Part shown: positions 51,289 to 63,126 of the stretch, piece by piece
Layout: every line of letters begins with the position of its first letter
Numbering within the stretch: position 1 is the stretch's first letter
From: Glaucostegus cemiculus
Taxonomy: Eukaryota
Assembly: GCA_976551045.1 (NCBI GenBank)
Contig: CDPCPM010000418.1
Span: forward strand, 5,456,001 to 5,520,000
DNA length: 64,000 nt
Direction: 5' to 3'
Position numbers and translations under genes: made by a program
The notes under the pieces: model-generated
The model's input: only the letters and a program-made list of their open reading frames with translations
Databases searched by the model: none
What the model was told of the DNA's origin: nothing

Positions 51289-54200
51289 TTGAGATGGGGG
51301 TTGGGAACCAGGAGGGCTGGTCAGAGGATGTAGTGATTTCAGAAAAGGCAGATCTGACAAATGGAGTTGCTTTGAGGAAGGAGAAGCAGTGTACAGGCAG
51401 TAATAGTAAAAAGGTGGATAAACTAAACAGGCAAGGCAAGGGAAACCAACATGGCTTAAAGGAGGAGGTATGCAGGATCACGTCAACGTGTACTGAAGAT
51501 GGAGAGGAGTTGCATCGAGCAGGTGATGAGGCTTTGGGGAGGGAGGGGCAGGATGAGGGCTATAAAAGGGTTAAATTGGATGGGTTAAAGTGTGTTTACT
51601 TTAATGCGAGAAGTGTTAGGAATAAGGGTGATGAATTGAGGGCTTGGATAGGTATGGGGGATTATGATATTGTAGCCATAACTGAGACGTGGCTGTCGTC
51701 AGGGCAGGAGTGGGTATTGAACATTCCTGGTTTTCAGTGTTTTAAAAAGGATAGGGAGGGGGGGAGAAGAGGAGGAGGGGTGGCGATATTGGTCAGGGAT
51801 GATGTTACGGCTGCGGAAAGGGCTGAGTTTGCGGAAGGATCCTCTTTCGAGTCGGTGTGGGTGGAAGTGAGGAATAGGAAAAGTGTGGTTACGCTGCTGG
51901 GAGTATACTATAGGCCCCCAGGTAGCAGTAGGGATATAGAGGAGCAGATTGGCAGGCAGTGCTTGGACAGAAGCAAAGATAATAGGGTTGTAATAATGGG
52001 TGATTTCAACTTCCCGAATATAGACTGGGACATGCTCAGTGCCAGAGGTTTGGATGGGAATGAGTTTGTTAAGTGTGTCCAGGATGGATTTCTAGCGCAG
52101 TATGTTGACAAACCGACTAGAGGGAATGCTGTGTTGGATCTGGTCTTAGGAAATGAACCGGGACAGGTGAGAGATCTACTAGTGGGTGAGCCTCTGGGAG
52201 ACAGTGATCATTCCTCGATAAGCTTTAGAATTGTCATGGACAGGCATAAGTGCAGGGAGCGTAGGAAGATATTCAATTGGGGTAGGGCAGACTATGAGGC
52301 TATAAGGAAAGAGCTTGGGAGTGTAAATTGGGAAGTCCTTTTTGAGGGGATGTGTACTGTAGAGATGTGGACGTTGTTCAGGGATGTTTTACAGGATGTT
52401 GGGGACAGATATGTTCCGGCAAGACGGAGGAAGAATGGAATAGTGAAGGAACCGTGGGTGACAAGAGAGGTAGAAAGACTGGTTAGGAGGAAGAAGGAGG
52501 CTTACGTAAGGTGTAAGTGGCAAGGCTCTGATGTGGCCCGTGAGGAGTATAGTATAGTGAGAAGGGAACTTAAGAAAGAGCTGAGGAGAGCTAGAAGGGG
52601 ACATGAAAAGATGTTGGCTCGTAGGGTTAAGGAAAATCCCAAGGCTTTTTTCTCTTATGTGAAGGGCAGAAGGATGACTAGGGTAAAGGTAGGGCCTATT
52701 AAGGACAAAGGTGGGAGGATGTGCCTGGAGGCGGCAGAGGTAGGGGAGGTACTTAATGAATACTTCTCCTCTGTATTCACCAAGGAGAGGGGCCTTGATG
52801 ATGTGACAGTGAGTGCTGACAAGGGTAATATTCTTGAGTATGTAGCTATAGAGAGGGAGGAGGTGATGAAATTGTTAAGTAGTATCAAGACTGATAAGTC
52901 TCCGGGGCCCGATGGAATATTCCCCAGGCTGCTTCGGGAGGCGAGGGAGGAGATTGTTGATCCGCTGGTGAGGATCTTTGAGTCCTCGTTGTCCACGGGG
53001 ATGGTGCCGGAGGATTGGCGGGTAGCGGATGTTGTTCCCTTGTTTAAGAAGGGCAGTAGAGATAGTCCGGGAAATTACAGACCGGTGAGCCTCACGTCTG
53101 TGGTAGGTAAGCTGTTGGAAAGGATTTTGAGGGACAGGATCTATGAGCACTTGGAGAGTCATGGACTGATTAGGGACAGTCAGCATGGCTTTGTGAAGGG
53201 AAGATCTTGCCTCACGAGCCTGATAGAGTTCTTTGAGGAGGTGACGAGGAAGCTTGATGAGGGCAGGGCAGTGGATGTAGTGTATATGGATTTTAGTAAG
53301 GCGTTCGATAAGGTTCCTCATGGCAGGCTTCTTCAGAAGGTCAGAGGTCGCGGTATCCAGGGGAGGTTGGCTGTGTGGATAAGAAATTGGCTTTCCTGTA
53401 GAAGGCAGAGGGTTATGGTGGAGGGAGTGCCCTCGGATTGGAGGGCTGTGACTAGTGGAGTCCCGCAGGGATCGGTTCTGGGGCCTCTACTCTTTGTTAT
53501 ATTCATAGATGATTTGGATGAAGGAGTGGAGGGATGGGTTGGTAAGTTTGCAGATGACACCAAGATCGGTGGTGTGGTAGATAGTGTGGAGGACTGTAGG
53601 AGCTTACAGGGGGATATTGATAGGATGCAGAAATGGGCTGACAGGTGGCAGATGGAGTTTAATCCGGAGAAGTGTGAGGTGGTGCACTTTGGGAGGACAA
53701 ACTCCAGGACAGAGTATAAGGTAAATGGTAAGGTTCTTGGCAGTGTAGAGGAGCAGAGGGATCTGGGGGTTCATATCCACAGTTCGCTCAAAGTTGCCTC
53801 GCAGGTGGATAGGGCTGTTAAGAAGGCTTATGGGATGTTGGCTTTTATAAATAAAGGGATTGAGTTCAAGAGCAGAGAGGTGATGATGCTGCTTTACAAA
53901 ACTCTAGTTAGGCCGCACTTGGAATATTGTGTTCAGTTTTGGTCGCCGCATTATAGGAAGGATGTGGAGGCGTTGGAGAGGGTGCAGAGGCGTTTTACCA
54001 GGATGATGCCTGGATTGGAGGGTATGGAATATAAAGAGAGGCTTAAGGTGCTAGGGCTCTACTCATTAGAGAGGAGGAGGATGAGAGGGGACTTGATAGA
54101 GGTGTATAAGATATTAAGAGGAATAGATAGAGTTAATAGTCAGCGCCTCTTTCCCAGAGCGCAGATGCTCAAGACGAGAGGGCAAGCCTTTAAGATAATT

Positions 54201-54378
54201 GGTGGAAAGTATAGGGGGAGATGTAAGAGGGAAGTTTTTCACCCAGAGAGTGGTTGGTGCATGGAATGCACTGCCTGGGGTGGTAGTGGAGGCAGATACG
54301 TTGGACAGGTTTAAGAGATTGTTAGATAAGCACATGGAAGAATGTGGAATAGTAGGATATGAGGGTGGAAAGAGTTAG
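51276..54378 (+). CDS. CR1 ORF2: APE endonuclease plus reverse transcriptase; one +1 frameshift in a G run at 54214-54218 near the C-terminus
   Basis: 1012-codon ORF with NARS, ITETW, YRPP, GDFN, LDL, SDH (APE) and KSPGPDG, YRPVSL, QHGF, DFSKAFD, GVPQGSVLGP, FADD (RT). Removing one G restores RGDVRGKFFTQRVV…, ending at TAG 54376-54378. Confidence 0.93.
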
Positions 54379-55160
54379 TTTGGGAGATGTTTGTAGGATG
54401 GCACAGCTTGATGGGCCGAAGGGCCTGTTCTGTGCTGTATTGTTCTATTGTTCTAAAGCAGAGACCACAACTTGAAGGGACATTTAAAATGAATTTGCAG
54501 AAATAGTATTTCAATGAGAGCACAGTCATCCTACAGAACAAATGTGGAAGCAGTTAGTATTGATTAATTCAAGTCCAACTCATACAGGCTTTGTTCAGGA
54601 AATGATATTTTGGGATGAGTAATGAGTGACATGAGCTACATGAGTAATTTGCCTCATAGCAATGTGGTAAATGTAGTACTATGGGAAGAACTAGTGACTT
54701 CGGAACCATGGGTTTCAAATTTCCTGCTTCCTTATGACACCCCATCAATGCCATTCCCTACTTATTCCCTTGTAACCTATTTTCTCTCACATGCCCATTA
54801 TCTCCTCCCACCTATACCAGGGATAATTTACTGTAATCAGCGAAACTCCCTGGAGGATGTGGGAAGGAACCAGGTCGCCCAGGAGAAACCCATGCGGGAA
54901 AAGAAGCAAACTTCATACAGAAAGCTTGGGACATCAGGATCAAAGCTATTGACTGGAGCTGAGGCAGTGCCTCCCTTGTTGTATGCAGATTGATTGAGAT
55001 TGATTTCTACAACAGTTGACTACTCTATCATTGCATTAAACTGCTATCAGGAATATAAATATGAACTCTATGGATCTCAGTATTTTCTTGTCCAGAGATT
55101 ACTACGTTTGTTGGGCAGTTGTGTGTCCTGGCTCAATTTAAAATCCTGGCATGCACATAC

Positions 55161-55295
55161 CATAAGGCAGATGTGTAACATTAGTGCAGTTCCTCTCGTC
55201 ACTCCCGTCTGAGCAGTCACTCCAGCCATCACACACCCACTGCATCGCTTCACACTGCCCATTTATACAGCTGAACTCATGAGGACTGCATGCCA
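55161..55295 (-). CDS. MFRP: MFRP exon, second LDLa repeat ([45 protein letters not shown])
   Basis: Acceptor ttctttctcag, donor G|GTATGT; 135 nt, phase 1-1; canonical WVCDG..DC.DGSDE..C motif. Confidence 0.94.
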
Positions 55296-56501
55296 CTGAG
55301 AAAGAATAACAAGGAAGAACGGTCAGGGTAAGTGGTTTAATGCAGTCTGGCTTCCTGAGAGCCTCCAGGCCGAGTACATGTAACTTAATTTGCTCCAAAT
55401 ATCATACAATTTGAGTCAATAAGAATGTTGGATTCTGAGCCAACCCAAGTAATTAACAAATCACTGACACAGACGCAAGGGATTGATTCAAAGGAAAAGG
55501 GACTCGAGCTATACATTTTGTTTCTCTGTTCCTCCAGCTCCTTGAACTTTGAAGCCACCGTCATGTCATACAATGGTTTTAATGTCACAAGCCATCAACC
55601 ATTTCATTCCTGGTGGAAGCATCCAGATGAAGTCCAGTCCACCCCCTCCATTTCTGAGGACAGACCTATGTTATAAGTATCCACACGTCAAACGTACTTT
55701 ATGACTGAAGAAATCTAGAGCATCTTGAGATGGTGAAGTGCAAGAAAAAAAGGAGCTTAAAATAAAATCTCTTTTTCCCTTTCTCCATTTCTATTTTCCC
55801 TCTTTGACTTTCTTTCCTTTATAAAAAGGTGATGGACAGATGGAGAAGGGGGATTTGTGGAAAACCAAAAGGAAGTCGAAGACAAATAATGACACAACAT
55901 TGCATCTGGAAATTTTAATCTATGTCTCCACCTGAAGAAGTTGCTGTGAAATGGTAAGTTAAGCTAATAGTTCTCACAAAAGGCTTTACTGACCTTGACT
56001 GGTACACATAGCTCACAACTTCATCTATCGAATGAATATTAATATTCACAACAGGAGAGAGTTGCCAGTCTTTGGAATTCACTACCTGAGGGAGCGGTGA
56101 ATACTCAGTTGTTGAGTATATTCTGGGCTCAGAATACTGTATTTTTGGACTCCAAGGGACATGGGATCAGGCAGGAACATAGCTTTGTAGAAATTCAGCC
56201 ATGATCTTACTCAGTGGTGGAGCAGGCTTCAGGGGCTGTGAGGCCCACATCTGCTTCTGCAAGGTATTAAAGGTCATCTCTGAGGGTGACAACAAACACT
56301 TATCATTACACGTCATCAGTGGTGCAGAACACCAGCAGTCCTGAGAGAAACTCAGGCCTGTTTTCTTTCTCAAGCACATTGCAGAGCCAAGGAGGAAAGC
56401 AACATAAATCAAAAATATCAAATAGAATTGATTAATAAATATAATTGCACAAAGCTTCTCTTGACTGCAAGAACAGATGAAGGGGCAGCAGCATTTCTTA
56501 C

Positions 56502-56632
56502 CCTCACTCTTGTTGACAGCCTGGTAGGTGGCAAAGAACCCCACATCTGAGTCTCCCTCATCAGCCACAAAAAGAACCAACATCTCGTGCTGGGGGGACG
56601 TCAGAGTTGGAGGGAGGGAGTCCCCACAGTAT
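56502..56632 (-). CDS. MFRP: MFRP exon, CUB2 end (RYCGDSLPPTLTSPQHEMLVLFVADEGDSDVGFFATYQAVNKSE)
   Basis: Acceptor ttttcttttaaag, donor G|GTAAGA; 131 nt, phase 2-1; YCG...P...F..D....GF.A.Y CUB motif; overlaps ORF 56167..56583. Confidence 0.93.
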
Positions 56633-57146
56633 CTTTAAAAGAAAATGATCGGTTAAACTTGGGGCCTTTTGTTTCCATTTCTTTGCCCGTGTAGTCTTAT
56701 GTAACTGAGAATTCTGAAACAAATAATGTGCCTCTCCACCATCAACAACCACTGTTCTGTACCACCCCCTCCTCCCCTAGCACTCAGAGTAAGTTGGTAT
56801 TAGGAGGCTCTGGGACTACCCATATTTCACATCCTTCTGACCACCTTTCCCCCTTCTTTGACTGTAAGATACTGCTCAGGGAGGACTGAAACAGAATACA
56901 ATTCTAACCCTCCTCCTTCCCCATTTGAGACTGTGGGACAGCTCGTCTGTAAATAATCCATTCCCCATCTGAACACGGAGACTTTCTATCAGTGGTCGAT
57001 TTGTAACCGGATCCCAAAAGGTGCAAGGTGCTTGTCACATTGACTTTCCCATGTTGAAGACAGTTCTCTGCTCTAGTGGTGATAGGTCACTATTATACTG
57101 AATTACACTTCTTAATTCCACCTTGTAGGTAATTTAAACATATTAC

Positions 57147-57295
57147 CTGCCCATCAGTGTGCTGGGACTACTGCTAGCTTGGTCATGTATCTCCACAAAG
57201 TCATATCGACAGTCTGCAGCAGCCTCCAGGCTGAAGTTGTGAAACAACAACTGGATCACATGACCCTGAGGAACTGAGATGTGCCACACACACAT
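57147..57295 (-). CDS. MFRP: MFRP exon, CUB2 middle (MCVWHISVPQGHVIQLLFHNFSLEAAADCRYDFVEIHDQASSSPSTLMG)
   Basis: Acceptor cattgtgtag, donor AG|GTAATA; 149 nt, phase 0-2; CxWxI...FxxFxLE...CxYDxVE CUB motif. Confidence 0.93.
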
Positions 57296-57514
57296 CTACA
57301 CAATGACAGAATACAATTAACAAATTTGATAGCCTTTAGGATTAAACCATTAATTAATGATGCATGGTACATTAAGGCAATTCCTGTCATTGCTTACACT
57401 TAGAAAAGGATGTGCTGGACACTTAGACAGTTCACTATATGAACTGCCAAGGCACTCTGGAACAATATCTTTTTTCTTGAAGTTAGACTGCATATCGTCA
57501 CGTACATTGCTGGC

Positions 57515-59600
57515 ACAGTGGTTAAACTTGAGGACCAGTAATGCAGAGATGCGAGTTCAAATCTCACCACAGACTTTTTATAATTACTGTCTCCATGATG
57601 GTGATCACTGAACTACTGGATTGTTGTAAAAAATCCATCATGCAAGGGCAGGGATTAGTTGTAGAAATAGGATCGACTCTTAACTGCCCTTTGAACTGGC
57701 CTCAGACATTGGTTGTATCGTAACCATCATACTAAAGCAGAATAAGTGTAAACCCACAGCGATCACTTAGCATCAACTGTGGCAATGAATTTGCAGATGG
57801 CAAAGATGTTTCTAGCCCAGTTGTCCTTGCGAAACATTCCTCATGAACATCTGGTCACTGGTCTCCAACCTGGGAGAGCTATCCCACATATTAGTCATAC
57901 TTAGAGAATTGCACCTTACAGGCAATGCACCAAACTCCTCCATCACAGTCCCTTGGTCCCACCAGCAAGGCAAGCCCCTCAGAGTTGCTTACAGGCAGGA
58001 AGGAGCAGCCCTGGGTGTTTCAACGTTCCCTCCAAGTCACGCGAAGTTTCACGGTATCAAAGTCAGACACAGGCAAGGAAACCTCCTCCCGACTGATACC
58101 CAACTGTCTTTCTTCAGCTGATTATTCACTGTACTTCTATGTTGAACATAGCACTAAAAATAGCGCGGACACAGAGTATACTCTGGGTGGGGGACATCAC
58201 TATCCATTACCGAGAGTGGCCCAGTGGCACCACCACTGACACAGTGGCTGAGTCCTGAAGAACTGCTGCCTGACAGCATCAGCTGTGGGTAGTGAATGAA
58301 CACAAGAGATAAACAGAGAATGAGAGACTGCAGACAGTGGGATCTGGAGAAACAAACAAAATACTGGAGGAACTCAGCAGGTCAGGCAGCATCTGTGGGG
58401 GGGAAATGGACAGTTGATTTTTCAGGTTTTGACATTCTAGGTACTTCATATGGACTGAGTTAAACACACCTGAGCTTGTTCTCACCAAGCTTCCTGTGGC
58501 AGATGCATCTGTCCATGGGGAATCTGGTAGGAGTGATCACTGCACAGTCCTTGTGGAGATACTCCAAGACCACCCCTATTTCATGTTACATGGCACTGCC
58601 ACCATGCTAAATGGGATAGGCTCAGAACAGGGCATCCATGAGATGCAGTGGACTAGCAGCAACAGCGCAAATACATCTCAGCACAACCCGCATCCACATG
58701 ATGTGGCAAACTTCTCGCCTATCATAAAAATTGAGCCAAGGGATCAACTCTGGTTCAGTGAGGAAAGCAGGAGGACATTATGGGAGCAGATGCACTAAAA
58801 ATTAGGTAAAGCAGTAGCACAGGACTACATGCATCTTAAAAAGCAAGTACATCGAGCAACAGACAGACTTAAGTTCTGCAGTTCCACCATGTCTTGCAGT
58901 GAATAGTGGTGAACAATCTAACAGCACAGAAGAGGAGGCAGCTCCAAGAACATTCCCATCCTCAAAGATGGTGGGGCCAAGCCTGTGAATTTGAAAGAGA
59001 AGGCAGCAAATGCTTCATCCATCTCCAGCCAGAAGCACCTATCGCTCTTTTTCCAAGCTATTCCAATATAATTACAACTAGAATCTACAGGACATAGTGG
59101 AAAATTGCTTAGGTATATACTGTTCATAAAATTTGATCAGCGAAGTGAGGGCAGACATCAGTGATTTCAAATGACATTTATTCACCAAGAAGTTGCTCCT
59201 CAATGACCAGGTGGGATTTTATCAGGATCCCTCAGCTCCAGACCCCTTTCCAAACTTGGTTCAAAAATGATCCAAAGAATTGAATTCAAGAAATGAAGGG
59301 AGAGCAACTGCCTTTGACATCAAGGAAGCACTTGACTTAGCAGGGCATCAAGGTGCTCTGGGATATCAAGCAAAAACAATACTCCAATGGTTGGAGTAGG
59401 GGATATGGTTCGAATCTCACTACAGCTCCTGGGGAATTCACGTTCACATAATTAAATAAATCTGGAATTGAATGAAAGTTAGTCTGGGCAGCAGTAATCA
59501 TGAAACCACTGGCTTGTTATAAAACATCTGTTTCACTATTGTCCTTCAGGAAAGGACATCTGTATTCTTAACCGTCTGGTCTATATATGACCCTCTGCCA
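57515..59600 (+). mobile_element. Very old CR1/L2-group LINE remnant with associated SINE-like pieces (57515-57720, 59395-59600) and a nested Penelope-like fragment
   Basis: Degenerate APE/RT motifs (ggggacatcactatccat, SDHCTVLVE, gcctttgacatcaaggaagcacttgac = A.DIK.A.D); the two SINE-like pieces resemble each other. Confidence 0.5.
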
Positions 59601-61534
59601 CAGCCCCAGGCCTCTCTTGTCTGTGAGATTCTGGATCTTGCTGCAAATCTCTACTTATTTGGTTACTTTCGCAAAGCCTTGTGCAAGACCAATTCAGTTG
59701 CTCCTGATGTCTTGGGTCTCATGGGCTACTGAATTTCCAAGTGGTGAGCTCCCAATCAGAACCATTGTTGGTGTGCTGCACTACAATGCTTTGATGCACC
59801 TCTGGCAGTAATGAGGACATCATAGGCCCTTGTATTTATATAGCACTTCTACCAACTTCAGGATATCCTAAAGCATTTTACAGCCAATGATGTACTTCTG
59901 AAGTTCTGTTACTGTTGTGAAGGAGGAAATGTGGCAGCCCATTTGTGGACAACAAGATCCTGCAAATACCAATAAGGTCAATTAATGATTTTAATCTAGA
60001 TGTTGATATTGGCATATTACCAACTGAAGCTCCTTCCACCCACCACCTCTCACCCCGCAACCTCAGCTCATGTTCAAATGGAACGAGAAGAACCTTTTAC
60101 GCTCATCTGAGGGAAGAATAGATTTAACCTCTAAACCAAGACAGTCGTTGCCACAATGTAGTGCTGAAGTGCCATCCAGGTTCAGCCTTTGGGTTGAGAT
60201 AGCTCATTTTATTTCCACCAGTGTAATTGGGCTCGGTATCTTTGAGATAAGGAAGCAGTCCATTTCTTCTCTATATTAGTCTATAGCATCTATAGTAGGG
60301 TGAAATGAGGGTTGAATTGACAAGCCTATCATAGTTAAATAGCCTGCCACACTCACATCCCAGGCCCACAAAATGGTTGTTTGATTTTTTTTTGAGAGGA
60401 AAGTTTGCTAGCAGAATCAACGTCTTCAAAAGAGAAGGGGATGGACTCAGATAACGGTTAGATTGAGGAGTAAATGGATAGAAGAGGTTAGACACTTGGG
60501 TATGGAGTATTATTTTTATCTTTCCATTTAGTCATATACCAGAATTGACTAGTAAGAGAAGCACTATCCAACCACACACATACTGAACCAAACTGTATGC
60601 ATTAATCAAACACACATGAACATCTGGAGATTGTTTTAGTAGCACACTCCGTATTATAAATTGTCGTAGTATGCTATAAAGAATTTGCTTCTGTCTAACA
60701 CCTCCTGTCTGTTCCACTGATGTTAAGTTGTCAAAGGCAACTTGTAGTACAGGCCACAATACCCCAGAATCAGTCTGTAACTCCTGGTTATTCTCAGGCT
60801 CTACAATTGGCCATGAGACTTGGAAAAGAGGCTCACCTTTGGTGCACTGACAATCAAACAGCTCGACTACAGTCAGGGTCCCATATAGCTAACAGGGCTG
60901 AACAGGTAATGCTCTTACCTCAATATCAAAAGATTATATTTTCAAGTCCCACTCCTAAAGTAAACATTTAAATCTGGCTGACACTCTCTGTGGAGTACTG
61001 AGGGATCGCTCCAATGTCAGAGGGCTATTTTCAGATTAAATGTAAACTGAATGCCTCTCTGCAACATTAGTTCAGGAAGAGTAGAAGAGTTTTTCCTGTA
61101 ATACTGATAAATATTTATCCCTCAAAAAAAAAGCACAGGATTATTTATCTGGTCGTTACAACAGTGAGATCATAATCCCTTAATGTGCAGCAAAGCACGT
61201 TCAGCAATGGGTGGATAAGGACTCACAGATCTCACTGCACCATTCAGATGGTATTGATAAGCTCAAGACACCAAGAGCACACAGAGCTTGTGTGAGTGGT
61301 GAAAGGAGCACATTAGCTCACAAAATACCCTCCTGCCTGCCAGCTCCTGTCCTGGTGGAAGAGTCTACAGTTCTCACATGGGCCTCAATAGCCACCTCAG
61401 AATCCGGAGTGGAAGCAAGTCATCTTCGATCCCAAGGGACTGCTTAAAGAGGGGGTTGTCGAGCCATGCTGTGATACTTCCAGCTGAAGGATCAGTGAGG
61501 TGGACGTGACCTAACTTATGCCATGGTTACATAC

Positions 61535-61611
61535 CTGCCTGTGTGGATACTGCTCAGGGTGTTTGGGAGTGGCCAGATATCCTTCCAGGGCAGTCAGAAC
61601 CCCTCCGCAAT
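61535..61611 (-). CDS. MFRP: MFRP exon, start of second CUB domain (DCGGVLTALEGYLATPKHPEQYPHRQ)
   Basis: Acceptor tttgtttag, donor CAG|GTATGT; 77 nt, phase 1-0; CGG..L...G...P.HP..YP CUB N-terminal motif. Confidence 0.92.
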
Positions 61612-61732
61612 CTAAACAAAGCAATGGGATACCGGGGATAAGTTATTGGTTGCATAACCTTAGAATCTCTTATCAGGGATTTACATAGTGAGAAATTCTA
61701 TTTATATATAAAATGCACGATAATTATAGATA

Positions 61733-61952
61733 CAGGTCCTCCCCAGTTTACAAATGCCAGACTTACGTGCAGCCTTTACCTACGAACAAGCATTGGAGAG
61801 ACCAGGGGGATGGATTTGTTGGCTGCTGTGGGGCTGCAGGCATCTTCTGCTGGGTGAGAACTCGGTTCACGGCTGAATTTCCGACTTGCAAACTGTTTGG
61901 GTTACGAACAGTTCCCAGAAACGGAACCCTGCCATAACATGGGGAGGACCTG
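61733..61952. mobile_element. MITE of Tc1/mariner-pogo (Tigger-like) type, 220 bp, in an MFRP intron
   Basis: Perfect 13-bp TIRs CAGGTCCTCCCCA (61733-61745) and TGGGGAGGACCTG (61940-61952); TA on the left flank only. Confidence 0.75.
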
Positions 61953-63003
61953 ACTATGAAATTAAAGAAGTTGCTGTTTTCAGGCTTTCAAAGTTTGTCC
62001 TATTTTGTTCCACTGGTGGATTTTTACTTAGTTTGCCCTGGATCAATCTCATATGATAATGAAAATTCTCTTCCTTGTCTAGCACTCCCATTCCCTACCT
62101 TATTATCCTTGTTATCTCCGAATGAAATTGACAGTTCCCAATGTGAGCTACATCCTTAAAAACACACATAAAGGGAATGCGCATCCCCAGCCGCTCCTCG
62201 TCCATTCATTAGGAACAGAATCTGCTAGACATGGGACATGGGGAGAATAAGTGTCTCAATGGGTGTGGCCCTGCATAGGGAACATCGGTGGCAAGTATCC
62301 CTTCCTCCTCCTTGGTAACGTGGAACCTAACCTTGCTCTCTAGGTTCTGCAGAGTCTGAATAAAATATTACTTTATACTATTACAATAGATAATCCTCAC
62401 CCCTTGGACTAACAAAATACAACTACTTAATGAATGTTCATACCCTGAATATACATGGACTCTGGAGAATTATGCACTTAAGGTAACCCTTAGCGTTAAT
62501 TAACAATTATTTTGTACAGTAACACTAAGTACTTGTAACCCTGAATAAACAATAACTGGACAATTATACTGAGTGGCCTTTATCTTGAAGATGCAGTGAC
62601 TCCCAACAGTTATACTAGAAACAAAGTGACATTGCAGTCGTATAATCTGTAATGTCCACTCTCAATAACTCTTACATTGAAGTAACAGTGACTCCATAGT
62701 GTTACAATGTTATCATTAACCCTTACTGAACACACACTACCAGGAAACAGCTCGTACCCCTCAACCAGTGAATCAGTACAGATACAATGAGGAACCCCTA
62801 ACTCTTTGAAAAAATATCTATTTTGCATCATTCACAATACATTCTGTGGCCAACAATCAAGCTGGAACCAACCAATTCTGTTTTGCATGAGGGTCAAAGT
62901 ATTTTCATGGCCTGGAAATTGCCACATTTCTGACACCAAAATTTGGATATCCACCATGCCCTCTGTGGAATTGTATATCGGAGTAGATGCAGGAGCTAGT
63001 TAC

Positions 63004-63126
63004 CGTGATGGTGAGCACAATTCACCTCATCGCTCTTGTCCAAACAATCATAAAAATTATTGCAGTTAAAACTGGCGAAAAGACACCGGCCCCCATCACA
63101 CAGAAACTCATCCCAGGCACAGCTCT
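63004..63126 (-). CDS. MFRP: MFRP exon encoding the first LDL-receptor class A repeat (SCAWDEFLCDGGRCLFASFNCNNFYDCLDKSDEVNCAHHH); upstream exons lie beyond the window
   Basis: Acceptor tttctctttcag and donor G|GTAACT; 123 nt, phase 1-1; six-Cys LDLa pattern with D-x-S-D-E; joins in frame to the next exon. Not in the ORF track; translated by hand. Confidence 0.9.

Larger units (their letters stand above)
51008..54459 (+). mobile_element. Young 5'-truncated CR1-clade LINE (end of ORF1, full ORF2, 3' tail), antisense within the MFRP intron 50355-55160
   Basis: ORF1 esterase C-terminus; ORF2 APE+RT; 3' end gggccgaagggcctgttctgtgctg(tattgttc)n; candidate TSD TAAAGC at 51008-51013 and 54454-54459. 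Confidence 0.95.

Noticed and set aside
51908-53563. Antisense ORFs within the CR1 (e.g. 52875..53321, 52655..52996)
   Set aside because: Shadow ORFs of the purine-biased RT coding strand; no independent motifs.
56167-56501. Extension of MFRP ORFs past splice donors (also 50355-50498, 55296-55398)
   Set aside because: Domain similarity ends exactly at GT/AG signals; the remainder is intron.
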